Virus record (IMG/VR): IMGVR_UViG_3300042274_000720
Span: 2,832-66,831 of that record
Direction: 5' to 3' (one strand)
Length of the DNA stretch: 64,000 bases
DNA from: a virus
Lineage: Duplodnaviria > Caudoviricetes
Position 1 is the first letter of the stretch, and each line of letters begins with the position of its first letter. The notes beneath the pieces are model-generated. The model was given only the letters and a program-made list of their open reading frames with translations. It was not told the origin of the DNA and ran no database searches. Positions 26,870-35,757 of this stretch are shown one piece after another. Made by a program: the position numbers and the translations under genes.

Positions 26870-29262
26870 CAGCGTCCCTCCACAATCAGATCGGTGGCAG
26901 AAACAGCGCGTCCAATCCGGCGCCCCGTGTCGGTGGTGGTGAGGCTGCCGTCGTCAGCGACGTTGTAGACGGTGCCGGGGGTCAATCCAGTCTGCGCCTT
27001 GTTCACACCGAAGCTGGTGATGCTCAACGTTTCTCCGTCGCCTGCACCGCCTTCGGCAAGGCCGATCCAATCAGAGACGTCCGTGTTCGTGTGGCCTGTT
27101 CGGAACACATTGCCATAAACAGTCGCGGCGGAAGTATCAATCGACTGTAGAATGACGCGACTGTTATTCGCGTCGAACACGGGCTGTAGCACGACTCGAT
27201 TTGATGTGGAGTTGTAAATGACTGGATCATTGATCGTGCATTTGTAGGCATCGCTGACGTTTATGACAACGTAAGTCGTGTATCCGGTGGACTTCTCCCG
27301 CGAAGACAAGACCGCACTGTGCGCGACTTCGTCCCATACCAGTCCACCACCTGCCCACGATGCGAAATCTTTCGTGACGAAATCACCCCACTCGATTTCA
27401 AGTCCTTTGATCGTGCCGACAGACGCGACAATTCGATCTTCGTCACTGTCATCCGCAACACCGAGAACTTTGTCAGTGCCAGGAATGCGGACAACATGGA
27501 GTCCTTTTGACGCAGGAAATGGCGTGATGTGCGGCCACGCCTCAACATATGAAATGTCCACATCGCCAATAAAATACGTGCCGCACTTGTACCCCGTTAC
27601 AGCAGCAAAAGAAGCAGAAACCAATACAACATTGGGGTAGATATCTGAAACATCCACAACACTGTACATATTTACAGTATTCATTGGCGGAAGGTTTTCT
27701 ATCTGATAGCGGCCACCCCAAGTCATCGTAGTGCCCGACACCGTTCCGAAGAACCCGAATTGCTCGTCCGTCCCAGACCTATCAGCCAGTCCGAGATAGC
27801 CGCCCGCAGACGCAACCCAAACAACTTTTTGCGGCGTCGGCACTGCGCTGGTGTCTGTATCAATCTGCTCAATATTTCCGAAAGTTTCGTTGACAAAATC
27901 AAACGCTACGGCGCATGACCTTCCATAGTAATTTTCTTTCAGCCAGACAACGGCGTCACCGTTTCCCGACGCAGCAGCAGAATAAACATAAGGGTCCGTA
28001 ATTGTGTTAGGCGACTGAATTTCGGCGCCAAACGTGATTACTTCACCAGAAACGACGCCGACGACAGCCATTACGCGGTCATAGTTGCCGCCATTTGTGA
28101 AGAAGATTCCGATTTTGCCGGTGAAGGGATCGAATGCAGCAGCCCCATTTCCATTGATGTACGTGTTTATGTATTCACTGGCTTCGGCACCAAGCGCGTC
28201 AGCAACGATGGTGCTGGTCACGACGGACACAGTGCCATCCGCGTTCAGCTTGACGACTTCTCCCGACGCAATAGCACCGGACGCCACAACAACAGGACCA
28301 CCAGCGACAGCATCCACTTCGGGCTTCGTGTAGTAGCTGCCCAGGTCCGCGGCCGACGCCACCCACGCCCCGCCCACACGAATGTAGGTCTTGCCGTCCG
28401 TCGTGTTGTGGTAGACGTCGCCGACCTGAAGCGCGGTGCCATCGTCGCGGGTGGTCGGGGCACTGGCCGCCGGCGTCAGGAAACTATCAGCATAGCCTTC
28501 CGCCGTCGCCTCGGCCGCCGCCGCCGCCGTGGCGCTGGCGGCCGATGCCGTGGCGCTGGCCGCCGCCTCGGCCGCCCAGGTCTTCGCGCTCTTGGTGGTC
28601 GTGCCGTCGGGGCTCTCGCTGTCCTGCGCCCACGCCTTCGCGGAGCCGCCCGTGGCCGTCAGGTCTCCATGGGCATATTCCTTCGCCGCGTACTCCGACC
28701 CATCGACCGCTGCCCCCGTTTCGGTCGCCCAATCCTTCGCGGAGCCCTCAGGAACCGTCGTGCCGATCGCGTGCTCCTTGGCGGAGTACCCCTCGCCGGT
28801 CGCTGCCTCGCCGCCGGTCTTGGTCGCCCAATCCTGCGCCTGATTGACGATCCCCTGCGGCGGCGACACCAGCCGGAAGTCGGTGCCGTCGTAGATCACC
28901 ACGTAGCCCGCACCGGCCACAATGTCGCCCGCCTGGACCGCGCTGCCGTCGTGGCGCTTGATCGCCTTCACACCCAGGCCGTTGACGTTGATCGTCGCCG
29001 CGCCCGTGTTCTCGGCACCCGGCTTGAACCGCACCTCCAGGCCCTCGGTGTAGGCGCTCGGCGCGTAGGGCAGCGTCACCACGTAGGCGTCGGCCGTGCC
29101 GCTGTCGGTGCCCCAGGTGACCCGGCCCTGCTTGATTTCGGCCTCGTTCGGCAGCTTGTCGAAGCCCGCCGCCACGGCGTCGAACTGGCCGTTCAGGCTT
29201 TCCGCCCGCGCCAGCGTGTGCTTGGTCTGCGACGAATCGTGGTTGAAGAAGTCGTTGGTCAT
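26869..29262 (-). CDS. Tail fibre / receptor-binding protein
   Basis: N-terminal DSGTADAYVVTL...NTGAATINVNGLG module, Ala-rich stalk, low-GC central domain. Confidence 0.8.
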   Translation of the reverse strand: MTNDFFNHDSSQTKHTLARAESLNGQFDAVAAGFDKLPNEAEIKQGRVTWGTDSGTADAYVVTLPYAPSAYTEGLEVRFKPGAENTGAATINVNGLGVKAIKRHDGSAVQAGDIVAGAGYVVIYDGTDFRLVSPPQGIVNQAQDWATKTGGEAATGEGYSAKEHAIGTTVPEGSAKDWATETGAAVDGSEYAAKEYAHGDLTATGGSAKAWAQDSESPDGTTTKSAKTWAAEAAASATASAASATAAAAAEATAEGYADSFLTPAASAPTTRDDGTALQVGDVYHNTTDGKTYIRVGGAWVASAADLGSYYTKPEVDAVAGGPVVVASGAIASGEVVKLNADGTVSVVTSTIVADALGAEASEYINTYINGNGAAAFDPFTGKIGIFFTNGGNYDRVMAVVGVVSGEVITFGAEIQSPNTITDPYVYSAAASGNGDAVVWLKENYYGRSCAVAFDFVNETFGNIEQIDTDTSAVPTPQKVVWVASAGGYLGLADRSGTDEQFGFFGTVSGTTMTWGGRYQIENLPPMNTVNMYSVVDVSDIYPNVVLVSASFAAVTGYKCGTYFIGDVDISYVEAWPHITPFPASKGLHVVRIPGTDKVLGVADDSDEDRIVASVGTIKGLEIEWGDFVTKDFASWAGGGLVWDEVAHSAVLSSREKSTGYTTYVVINVSDAYKCTINDPVIYNSTSNRVVLQPVFDANNSRVILQSIDTSAATVYGNVFRTGHTNTDVSDWIGLAEGGAGDGETLSITSFGVNKAQTGLTPGTVYNVADDGSLTTTDTGRRIGRAVSATDLIVEGR

Positions 29263-31340
29263 CGGACAACCCGCCTCGGTGAATAGTGCAGGATCAGGCC
29301 GTGCAAGGTGTACGGCTGCTCAAAGGTCGCGCTCGACACCACCACGACGCTGCAGTTGGTGCCGGTGCCGTCGATGTGCGCCTGGGCAACGCCCTCCGAC
29401 GGCGAGGACCAGTAGAAGTCATCCCAGGTGTCTTCGTTGAAGTGTCCGCCGCCGCCGCGCACGGTGAAGTTCTGGCCGGCGTAGGGCGTCAGGTCGGGGT
29501 CGCTGTATTGGAAGTCGGCGACCACCCCCAGGTTCGTCTCCGGCCCCGAGTCCAGTTCCAGGTGCGCCATGAGCCAGCGTTTGCTCTGCGTCGGCGTGCC
29601 GGCGTGGTTGTGCGCCAGGCGCACGAAGGCGTCGATGGCGCTGCCGTCGAAGCTGGTGCCGCTGTCCATCTGGTAGACGTAGCCGTCCGTCGACCCGAAG
29701 TAGATCACCTCCTCGCCGGTCGCGCTCTCGGACGAACAGATGGCCTTGACCACCTTGCCCAGGTCCAGCGGCATCGCGGCCGGGGCCTTGCCGCCCAGCC
29801 ACAGCACCAGGGCTGTGCCGTCCGACCAGAACAGGCGGTACTGGTCCTTGGAGCGCACGCGGCACGAGGCGGCCACGGTCACGCCGTCGCGGCGCTTGGT
29901 GGCGAACAGCGGCTCGACCAGCTGCGTCAGGGTGCCGGCCTTGAAATCGCCGAACGCCTGCGTGGTGGTGAGCGAGCGCAGGCCCCGGTCGTCCAGGTAG
30001 ATCGGGTTGCCGATCTTCTGGCCCGAGTGGGCGATCGCGCCGCTGTCGTTGGAGAAGGTCTTGAGCTGCCAGGAGGCCGAGTCCGTGCCGTAGAGGACTG
30101 CGATCTTGTTGCGGCCGAACGCCACCATGGCGCCCGCCACGTCCGCCATGAGGCCCGTCAGGTCTTCGCCGATGCCGATCTCGCCGGCGCCGGTGAGCGG
30201 CGACCACTCATAGGGGTTGCCGATGCTGGAGTGCTGGAGCGAGCCGCCGGGAAAGCCCAGGAACAGGTGGTTGTAGTGGGCCGCGATGTGGGTGGGCGTG
30301 TCGGTGTCCATGCCGGTCTTGATCTGCACGAACACGCTGCCGTCCCACTCGAACGCCATGCCGACACCGTTGCAGCCGTACATCCGCTTGAGGTCGGAGG
30401 CGCCATAGAAGTTGTGCGTCACGAACTCGTAGCGCCCGCCGGCCGGGAGCGTGACCGGCGTAGCATCGGACTGGCACGTCGCCACACCGCCGCCGTTCAT
30501 CAACTCCCCGACCTGGAAGGTTCCAGTCACGTTGGTCAGGTAGACGCTCCCGGCGGCGTCGCTGCTGGAAATGGCGCCGCTCTCGATGATCGTGCGGGTG
30601 ATGGTGCCCGTGGCGCCCGACGTGTTGCCGGTCAGGGTGTTTCCCTCGGGGAACAGCGGCGGCTCGGTGGTGGAGGTCTGGCCGCCGGTGAACTCGATCA
30701 CGTACCCCAGGTCTTGCTCCACCCACCCGGCAGCCGTCGCCTTGTGCATGACGCAGGCCGTCGCACCCGCGTTGTCGCGGAAGGCGTAGACGTCGCCGTT
30801 GTAGACCCACACGCCGCGAATGTCGCCGCTGCCCGGCACCGCGCCGATCTTGCCGCGCGCCGTCTCGATCGCGTCCCTGATCCAGGTGGTGTCGTCGGTG
30901 TCGTTGCTCGCACCTCGTTCCGAAGCCGAACCGTTCGCAACTGCGACCGTAGACGCCGACACCTGCAGGGCCTCGTCGTCCTGGAAGGTGCCGGCCACCT
31001 CCGTCAGCACGAGGTATCCCGCCGCGTCCCCGCCGGCCAGGGTGCCCGATGTGACCACGCCGGCCACCAGGGCAATGCCCGTGGCGCCGCTGGTCGCGCC
31101 GGTCACCGTGTCGCCCTCGGCGACGGCCGTGGCCCCGGCGTCGAAGTTGAGCACCCAATAGGACGCCCTGGACGGCCGGGTGCGCCCGTCGAACCGCTCG
31201 AACCCGTCGATGCGCCGGTAGCCCAGCGCCGAGGGCTCGTGGTTTAGGCAGGCGAGGCAGTGCCCCGCCGGCATGGAGATACGGGGCGAAACGAGGTCGA
31301 GCCCGCCGCCCAGCGCGGTGTAGTTGGACTGGCGGCTCAT
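29259..31340 (-). CDS. Tail nozzle / tubular protein B-like
   Basis: Beta-rich ~690 aa protein after the adaptor; start trimmed to MSRQSNY. Confidence 0.65.
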   Translation of the reverse strand: MSRQSNYTALGGGLDLVSPRISMPAGHCLACLNHEPSALGYRRIDGFERFDGRTRPSRASYWVLNFDAGATAVAEGDTVTGATSGATGIALVAGVVTSGTLAGGDAAGYLVLTEVAGTFQDDEALQVSASTVAVANGSASERGASNDTDDTTWIRDAIETARGKIGAVPGSGDIRGVWVYNGDVYAFRDNAGATACVMHKATAAGWVEQDLGYVIEFTGGQTSTTEPPLFPEGNTLTGNTSGATGTITRTIIESGAISSSDAAGSVYLTNVTGTFQVGELMNGGGVATCQSDATPVTLPAGGRYEFVTHNFYGASDLKRMYGCNGVGMAFEWDGSVFVQIKTGMDTDTPTHIAAHYNHLFLGFPGGSLQHSSIGNPYEWSPLTGAGEIGIGEDLTGLMADVAGAMVAFGRNKIAVLYGTDSASWQLKTFSNDSGAIAHSGQKIGNPIYLDDRGLRSLTTTQAFGDFKAGTLTQLVEPLFATKRRDGVTVAASCRVRSKDQYRLFWSDGTALVLWLGGKAPAAMPLDLGKVVKAICSSESATGEEVIYFGSTDGYVYQMDSGTSFDGSAIDAFVRLAHNHAGTPTQSKRWLMAHLELDSGPETNLGVVADFQYSDPDLTPYAGQNFTVRGGGGHFNEDTWDDFYWSSPSEGVAQAHIDGTGTNCSVVVVSSATFEQPYTLHGLILHYSPRRVVR

Positions 31341-32041
31341 GCGACCGGCCCCCACTCGATCGTCACCGGGGGCAGCTGGTCGCGCTCCAGGTCGCCCAGG
31401 AGTTCCCGGTAGTTCCGCTCGGCGGACGCAATCTGCACCTGCCCCTCGTCGTGCTCGCCCAGCAGCACCAGCGCCCGGTAGACGATGATCTGGTGGAAGC
31501 GCATCGGGAGACCCAACGGCTCGTCGTCGTTGGCCGTGAGCACCTGGGGCGTGCGGTAGTATTCGCCGCGGATGGTGTAGGCGTCGTCCGGCACCGGGCC
31601 GAACGCGATCTCGTTGGCCGGGGTGATGGCGTAGGCCACCGGCCGGTTCTGCGACTGCGCGCCCCGGTCATAGCGCGCCCGCCACAGGCCGTAGGTGATG
31701 TGCGTGATCTCGTTCTCGTCGCTCTGCCCCACGGACGTCTTGTAGAGCGAGGTCGGCTTGTAGCCCACGGCGTCGCGGTCGGTCATCCAGCGCGCCAGGT
31801 CGGTGATGTTCAGCGCCGCCGGGGTGTAGAGTTTGACGCCCGCGATCGTCTCGGCGGTCCACGTCTCGCGCAGGAACAGCCAGTTGGCGTTGGCGTTCTG
31901 GATGCGCCGCCACGCCTCGGCCGTCCACTGCACGACCTTCTGGATGCGCCCGGTCTGGTTGGCGACGGACGTGATCGCCGACGGCTGCACGGTGCCGCTC
32001 TCGCGGGCGACGTCCTTGCAGAGTTCCAGGAAGGTAGCCAT
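31337..32041 (-). CDS. Head-tail adaptor / tail tubular protein A-like
   Basis: MATFLELCKDVARESG, FGPVPDDAYTIRGEYY, FHQIIVYRAL. Confidence 0.7.
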   Translation of the reverse strand: MATFLELCKDVARESGTVQPSAITSVANQTGRIQKVVQWTAEAWRRIQNANANWLFLRETWTAETIAGVKLYTPAALNITDLARWMTDRDAVGYKPTSLYKTSVGQSDENEITHITYGLWRARYDRGAQSQNRPVAYAITPANEIAFGPVPDDAYTIRGEYYRTPQVLTANDDEPLGLPMRFHQIIVYRALVLLGEHDEGQVQIASAERNYRELLGDLERDQLPPVTIEWGPVA

Positions 32042-32058
32042 ACCGGGCGCTCCTCAGA

Positions 32059-32655
32059 TCACGCGGCGGCCGACGGGCGGCGGCCTTCGTCCTTGGTCGC
32101 GTCCTCCCAGGCGGCGATCTCCTCCGCCGAGGGCATGGACATGACGTTGTACGGGTAGGCCGGAACGTCCTTCTTGGTCGTGATAAGCTCGCCCGTCTGC
32201 CGGTCGCGGTGCTGCTCGTAGATCGTGCGGACCGCCAGCGTCAGAGCGAGGTAGTAACGGTAGGGCACGCTCACCGGCTCGCCGCGCGGGATCAGCATGG
32301 TCACGCCGTTGACAGTCACCGGCACCGGGCGCTCGCCGCCCTGCCCCTCCGCCTGGGCGATGGACATACGCACCATGGGGTCGCCCTTGGAGGACGTGCC
32401 CACCTTGCCGGCCGCGCGCTGCACGTCCTTCTTGGCCTCACGCTGCTCGGCGATCAGGGCCGCCGCGCGCTCGATCTCCTGCGTGCTGTCGTCCTCGGGC
32501 AGCAGGATGAAGTCGTCGGTGTGGACCTCGGCGATCTTGGCGCGGATCGTGGCGTAGCCGCTGTTGGGGTGGACCTGCAGGCCCAGCACGGCCTCGGCGA
32601 ACAGGCGCAGGTCGTCCTTGGTCGCCTGATCGAGGGGGATTTTCTTGGTGCTCAT
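32059..32655 (-). CDS. Hypothetical phage protein
   Basis: Co-oriented ORF in the head-tail cluster. Confidence 0.6.
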   Translation of the reverse strand: MSTKKIPLDQATKDDLRLFAEAVLGLQVHPNSGYATIRAKIAEVHTDDFILLPEDDSTQEIERAAALIAEQREAKKDVQRAAGKVGTSSKGDPMVRMSIAQAEGQGGERPVPVTVNGVTMLIPRGEPVSVPYRYYLALTLAVRTIYEQHRDRQTGELITTKKDVPAYPYNVMSMPSAEEIAAWEDATKDEGRRPSAAA

Positions 32656-32762
32656 GTGGATCGTCTCCGGGGAAAGGGGAAAGACGGGCGGGACGCGGCT
32701 TCACACGCCGAGAGGAAAGGACAGCAGGAAAGCGGAGTCCCGCCCGCGAGGCCCGCCGCGCG

Positions 32763-33131
32763 TCACTCCGACAGCGCGGCCTGGGCCTTCTCGATGGCCT
32801 CGACCACACCCTTGCGGGTGTTGCCGTTGCGCTCGGCCTTCAGCAGGGCGGCCAGCGCCTCCGCGTCCAGGCCGTCCAGCGCAGCGGTCACCTCGCTCAC
32901 GGTGCCGTCGAGAACCGAAAGGTCGACGTCCGCCGGCGCCGCGGGCGTGGTAGCGGGGGCATCATCGGCAGCGACGGTGAAGTCCACGCCGGCATCCGTG
33001 AGCGCGGCCACCATGTCGGCCGGGATCGCGGTCGGCACGCCGACGGGCACCGTGCGCCGCCGCCCGTTGACGTTGAGGTCCACGCCGCGCGTCTGACGGT
33101 GGCCGTGGACCACGATGGTCTTCATCTCCAT
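32763..33131 (-). CDS. Hypothetical protein with small C-terminal helical domain
   Basis: LAALLKAERNGNTRKGVVEAIE motif; GGAG RBS. Confidence 0.6.
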   Translation of the reverse strand: MEMKTIVVHGHRQTRGVDLNVNGRRRTVPVGVPTAIPADMVAALTDAGVDFTVAADDAPATTPAAPADVDLSVLDGTVSEVTAALDGLDAEALAALLKAERNGNTRKGVVEAIEKAQAALSE

Positions 33132-33143
33132 CGCCGCCTCTCC

Positions 33144-33461
33144 TTAGTTGTTGCGGCCGGCGACGTAGACGATCGCCTCACCGTTGGCGTTCAGGTCGGA
33201 GTCGGCGCCGATGGTGAAGCCGGGGCTGTCGCCGCCCTCGGTCCCCTCGTAGGGCGTGATGCCGTTGGAGGACAGCTTGGTGGTGGTGCCGGCGGTGACC
33301 GTCTTGATGCCGTGGCCGTTGGTCATCGCCGAGGTCCACTCCATGATGGTCGGCGCGGTGTCGCCGTAGTTGATGGCGCGCACCCAATCGGGCTTCCAGC
33401 CCAGCTGCACGTTGATGGCGGAGCCCGTGCCGGTGACGGTGCCGGTGATGAACTGCTTCAT
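33144..33461 (-). CDS. Hypothetical capsid-adjacent protein (possible decoration protein)
   Basis: Beta-rich ORF directly after the major capsid gene. Confidence 0.55.
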   Translation of the reverse strand: MKQFITGTVTGTGSAINVQLGWKPDWVRAINYGDTAPTIMEWTSAMTNGHGIKTVTAGTTTKLSSNGITPYEGTEGGDSPGFTIGADSDLNANGEAIVYVAGRNN

Positions 33462-33481
33462 CGCTATGGTCCTTCCTTGCG

Positions 33482-33517
33482 AAAAGCGAAAGGGGCGCCC
33501 CGGTCAGAGCGCCCCTT
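33482..33517 (-). terminator. Hairpin after the major capsid gene
   Basis: AAGGGGCGC-N10-GCGCCCCTT followed by TCGCTTTT on the minus strand. Confidence 0.45.
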
Positions 33518-33542
33518 GGTCAGGGTCGGCCGTCAGGCCGGC

Positions 33543-34550
33543 TTAGAGGTCGGAGGCACCGACTTCCGCACGGGCCATCCAGTTCTCGTTGAGGATGACG
33601 CAGGAGAAGTAGGTCTTCCAGCCGACGTAGCCGCGCTGGCCCAGCGGGTCGGACTTGTCGGCCTTGCCCGGCGAGATCACCGACGGGGTGATCGCGTTCA
33701 TGCCCTTGAGCGGCACGCAGGCGAAGGACTCCATGCCCAGGAACAGCACCGGGTAGACGTCGACGTTGCTGCCGCCGTCGGACACCATGCCGTTCAGGGT
33801 GCCGGAGCCGGCCGCCGCCCACGGGTCCAGGTCGGGCGACAGGACGTAGCGCACATCCTCCACCGTGCCGATCTCGTAGTCGGACACCGTGCGGCGGGAG
33901 CCGTACTCGGCCACCGGCACGAAGCCGGTCATGCCGCGAATGTCGTGCTCCAGGTCGGTGTGCGCGATCGCCACGTAACCCGCCTCGATCGGCGTGGTGT
34001 TGTAGTTCGGCGAGCCGTCCAGGATGCGCGTGATCTTCTTGGCCTTCTGCGCCTTGAGCGAGCGCGTGATCTTGCGCTGCAGGTTCAGGCTGATCGCCGT
34101 GTTCACCGCCGACCGGCTGGAGCCGTTGGCGTAGAAGACCGAGGTGCCGGCCTTGAGCACGCCGTAGGTGATCTGCTCCAGCGTGGCGCCCGCCTGCTCG
34201 CCGGCCAGCATCGAGGCGTTCTGCAGCACGGGGTCTTCGTGCGTGTCCTCGATCCGGTCGGTGATCTCGATGACGGCGCCGTACTGCTTGAGCGCGACAG
34301 TGACGTCCTCGTAGCTCATCTGCTGGGCGGAGGGCGTCACGCCTTCCGTCAGCGGCGAGGTCGCGGCGTCGAACGGGACCGGGCGACGGAACTTCATCGT
34401 GTCGGTCTTGTTCTTCGGCAGCGGCTTGGTCATGCCGAACTTCTGGAGCACCAGGACGGGCTCGGCATGGGACAGCATTTCCTTGGCGGCGTAGGCCGCC
34501 GTGCGCGGGGAAATGTCGCCGTACTCGGTACGGCCGTAGGTGATAGCCAT
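33543..34550 (-). CDS. Major capsid protein, N4-gp56 family
   Basis: YGDISPRTAAYAAKEML...KFGMTKPLPKNKTDTMKFRR...DPLGQRGYVGWK. Confidence 0.9.
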   Translation of the reverse strand: MAITYGRTEYGDISPRTAAYAAKEMLSHAEPVLVLQKFGMTKPLPKNKTDTMKFRRPVPFDAATSPLTEGVTPSAQQMSYEDVTVALKQYGAVIEITDRIEDTHEDPVLQNASMLAGEQAGATLEQITYGVLKAGTSVFYANGSSRSAVNTAISLNLQRKITRSLKAQKAKKITRILDGSPNYNTTPIEAGYVAIAHTDLEHDIRGMTGFVPVAEYGSRRTVSDYEIGTVEDVRYVLSPDLDPWAAAGSGTLNGMVSDGGSNVDVYPVLFLGMESFACVPLKGMNAITPSVISPGKADKSDPLGQRGYVGWKTYFSCVILNENWMARAEVGASDL

Positions 34551-34562
34551 GGGCTTTGGTCC

Positions 34563-35483
34563 TTACTTCTTGCCGGCGAAGTAGGTGAAGGCGGCTTCGA
34601 AGTCGTCGGGCGGGCCGCTCATGCGGCCGGGCCCACGCCCCGCCGCACCGGCGCCGTCCTGCAACTGGCGCTGCCGCTTCTGCTTCGCTGCATCGTTGGT
34701 GGGGGTGCCCTTCGCGGGCGCTGCATTCTGGAAGCCGGTCTGCATCTTGAAGAGGTTGATGGCGTAGGCGGCGGACTGCGCATCCACGATGGCGTCGGCG
34801 TTCTTTTCGACCATCGACCGAACCTCGGCGGGCTGGGCGGTGTACCAGTCCAGGAAATCGCTGGAGCCCACCACGTCCTGCCAGTCGGCGTGCTGCTGCG
34901 TGAGGGCGTCCTGCTGCTCCTGCAGGTACAGGTCGCGCCGTTCCTCGCTGTAGGCGGACAACTCCCGCTTCAGCGTGGCGTTCTCCTCGGCGATGGACGC
35001 GAGGCGGCGCTCGATGGGCCCGACCAGTTCGGGGTATTCCTCCTTGATCGCCTTCCAGTCGTCGTCCGTGCTCCCGGCGTCCTGGTCGGAGGCCGTGCGC
35101 TTCCCGGCGGCGTTCTGCTCGAACGCGGCCATGCGGTTCTGGAGTTCGGAAATCTGGCGCTGGTAGGCGGCGATGCGTCCGGCGTTGCTGCGGGCGCTCT
35201 GCCGCTCCTTCTCCAACTCCTGCTGCGCGGCTTCCCAGCGGCGGCGGAGCGGTTCGGGGGCGTCGGCCCACAGGTCGTCGGGGTTCTCGGGGGCCTTGTC
35301 CTCATGGCCGGCGGTCTGGGTGCCGGGGTCGTCGTCGCCGGTGTCCTTGTCCTCCGGCTCCGGGTCGGGCTCGTCGGCGGCGTTGCCGGTGGCTTCGGCG
35401 AACGCGGCCTCGTACTCGTCCTCGGTGGCGCCGGTGTCGGTGTCGGCGGTGTCGACGTCCTCGTGCTCCGTCTCGCGGGTCAT
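34563..35483 (-). CDS. Scaffolding protein
   Basis: Acidic N-terminus, coiled coil, DDFEAAF C-terminus; between portal and capsid genes. Confidence 0.7.
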   Translation of the reverse strand: MTRETEHEDVDTADTDTGATEDEYEAAFAEATGNAADEPDPEPEDKDTGDDDPGTQTAGHEDKAPENPDDLWADAPEPLRRRWEAAQQELEKERQSARSNAGRIAAYQRQISELQNRMAAFEQNAAGKRTASDQDAGSTDDDWKAIKEEYPELVGPIERRLASIAEENATLKRELSAYSEERRDLYLQEQQDALTQQHADWQDVVGSSDFLDWYTAQPAEVRSMVEKNADAIVDAQSAAYAINLFKMQTGFQNAAPAKGTPTNDAAKQKRQRQLQDGAGAAGRGPGRMSGPPDDFEAAFTYFAGKK

Positions 35484-35535
35484 GGGCTTGGCTCCTCTAG
35501 GGTGGCGGCCTCACTGTGAGGCGGCCGAAAACTCG

Positions 35536-35754
35536 TCAGCCGGCGCGCTCGAACGACAGCGGCGCGTCAACGGCGGGCTGGTCCTCCGCATCGGGCAGGG
35601 CCAGCAATTCCTTCAGGGCGGCGATGCGGCCTCGCAGGTAGCGGGCGCGGGCATCGTCCACGTTGGGGCTCTCCAGTTCGGCGCGGGCCGACTCCAGGCG
35701 CGGCGCGGCCCAGGCGGCGACGTCCCGCCAGGTCTCGCTGTAGCGGTCGACCAT
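35536..35754 (-). CDS. Small conserved post-portal protein
   Basis: ARYLRGRIAALKELLALP motif. Confidence 0.6.
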   Translation of the reverse strand: MVDRYSETWRDVAAWAAPRLESARAELESPNVDDARARYLRGRIAALKELLALPDAEDQPAVDAPLSFERAG

Positions 35755-35757
35755 GGC

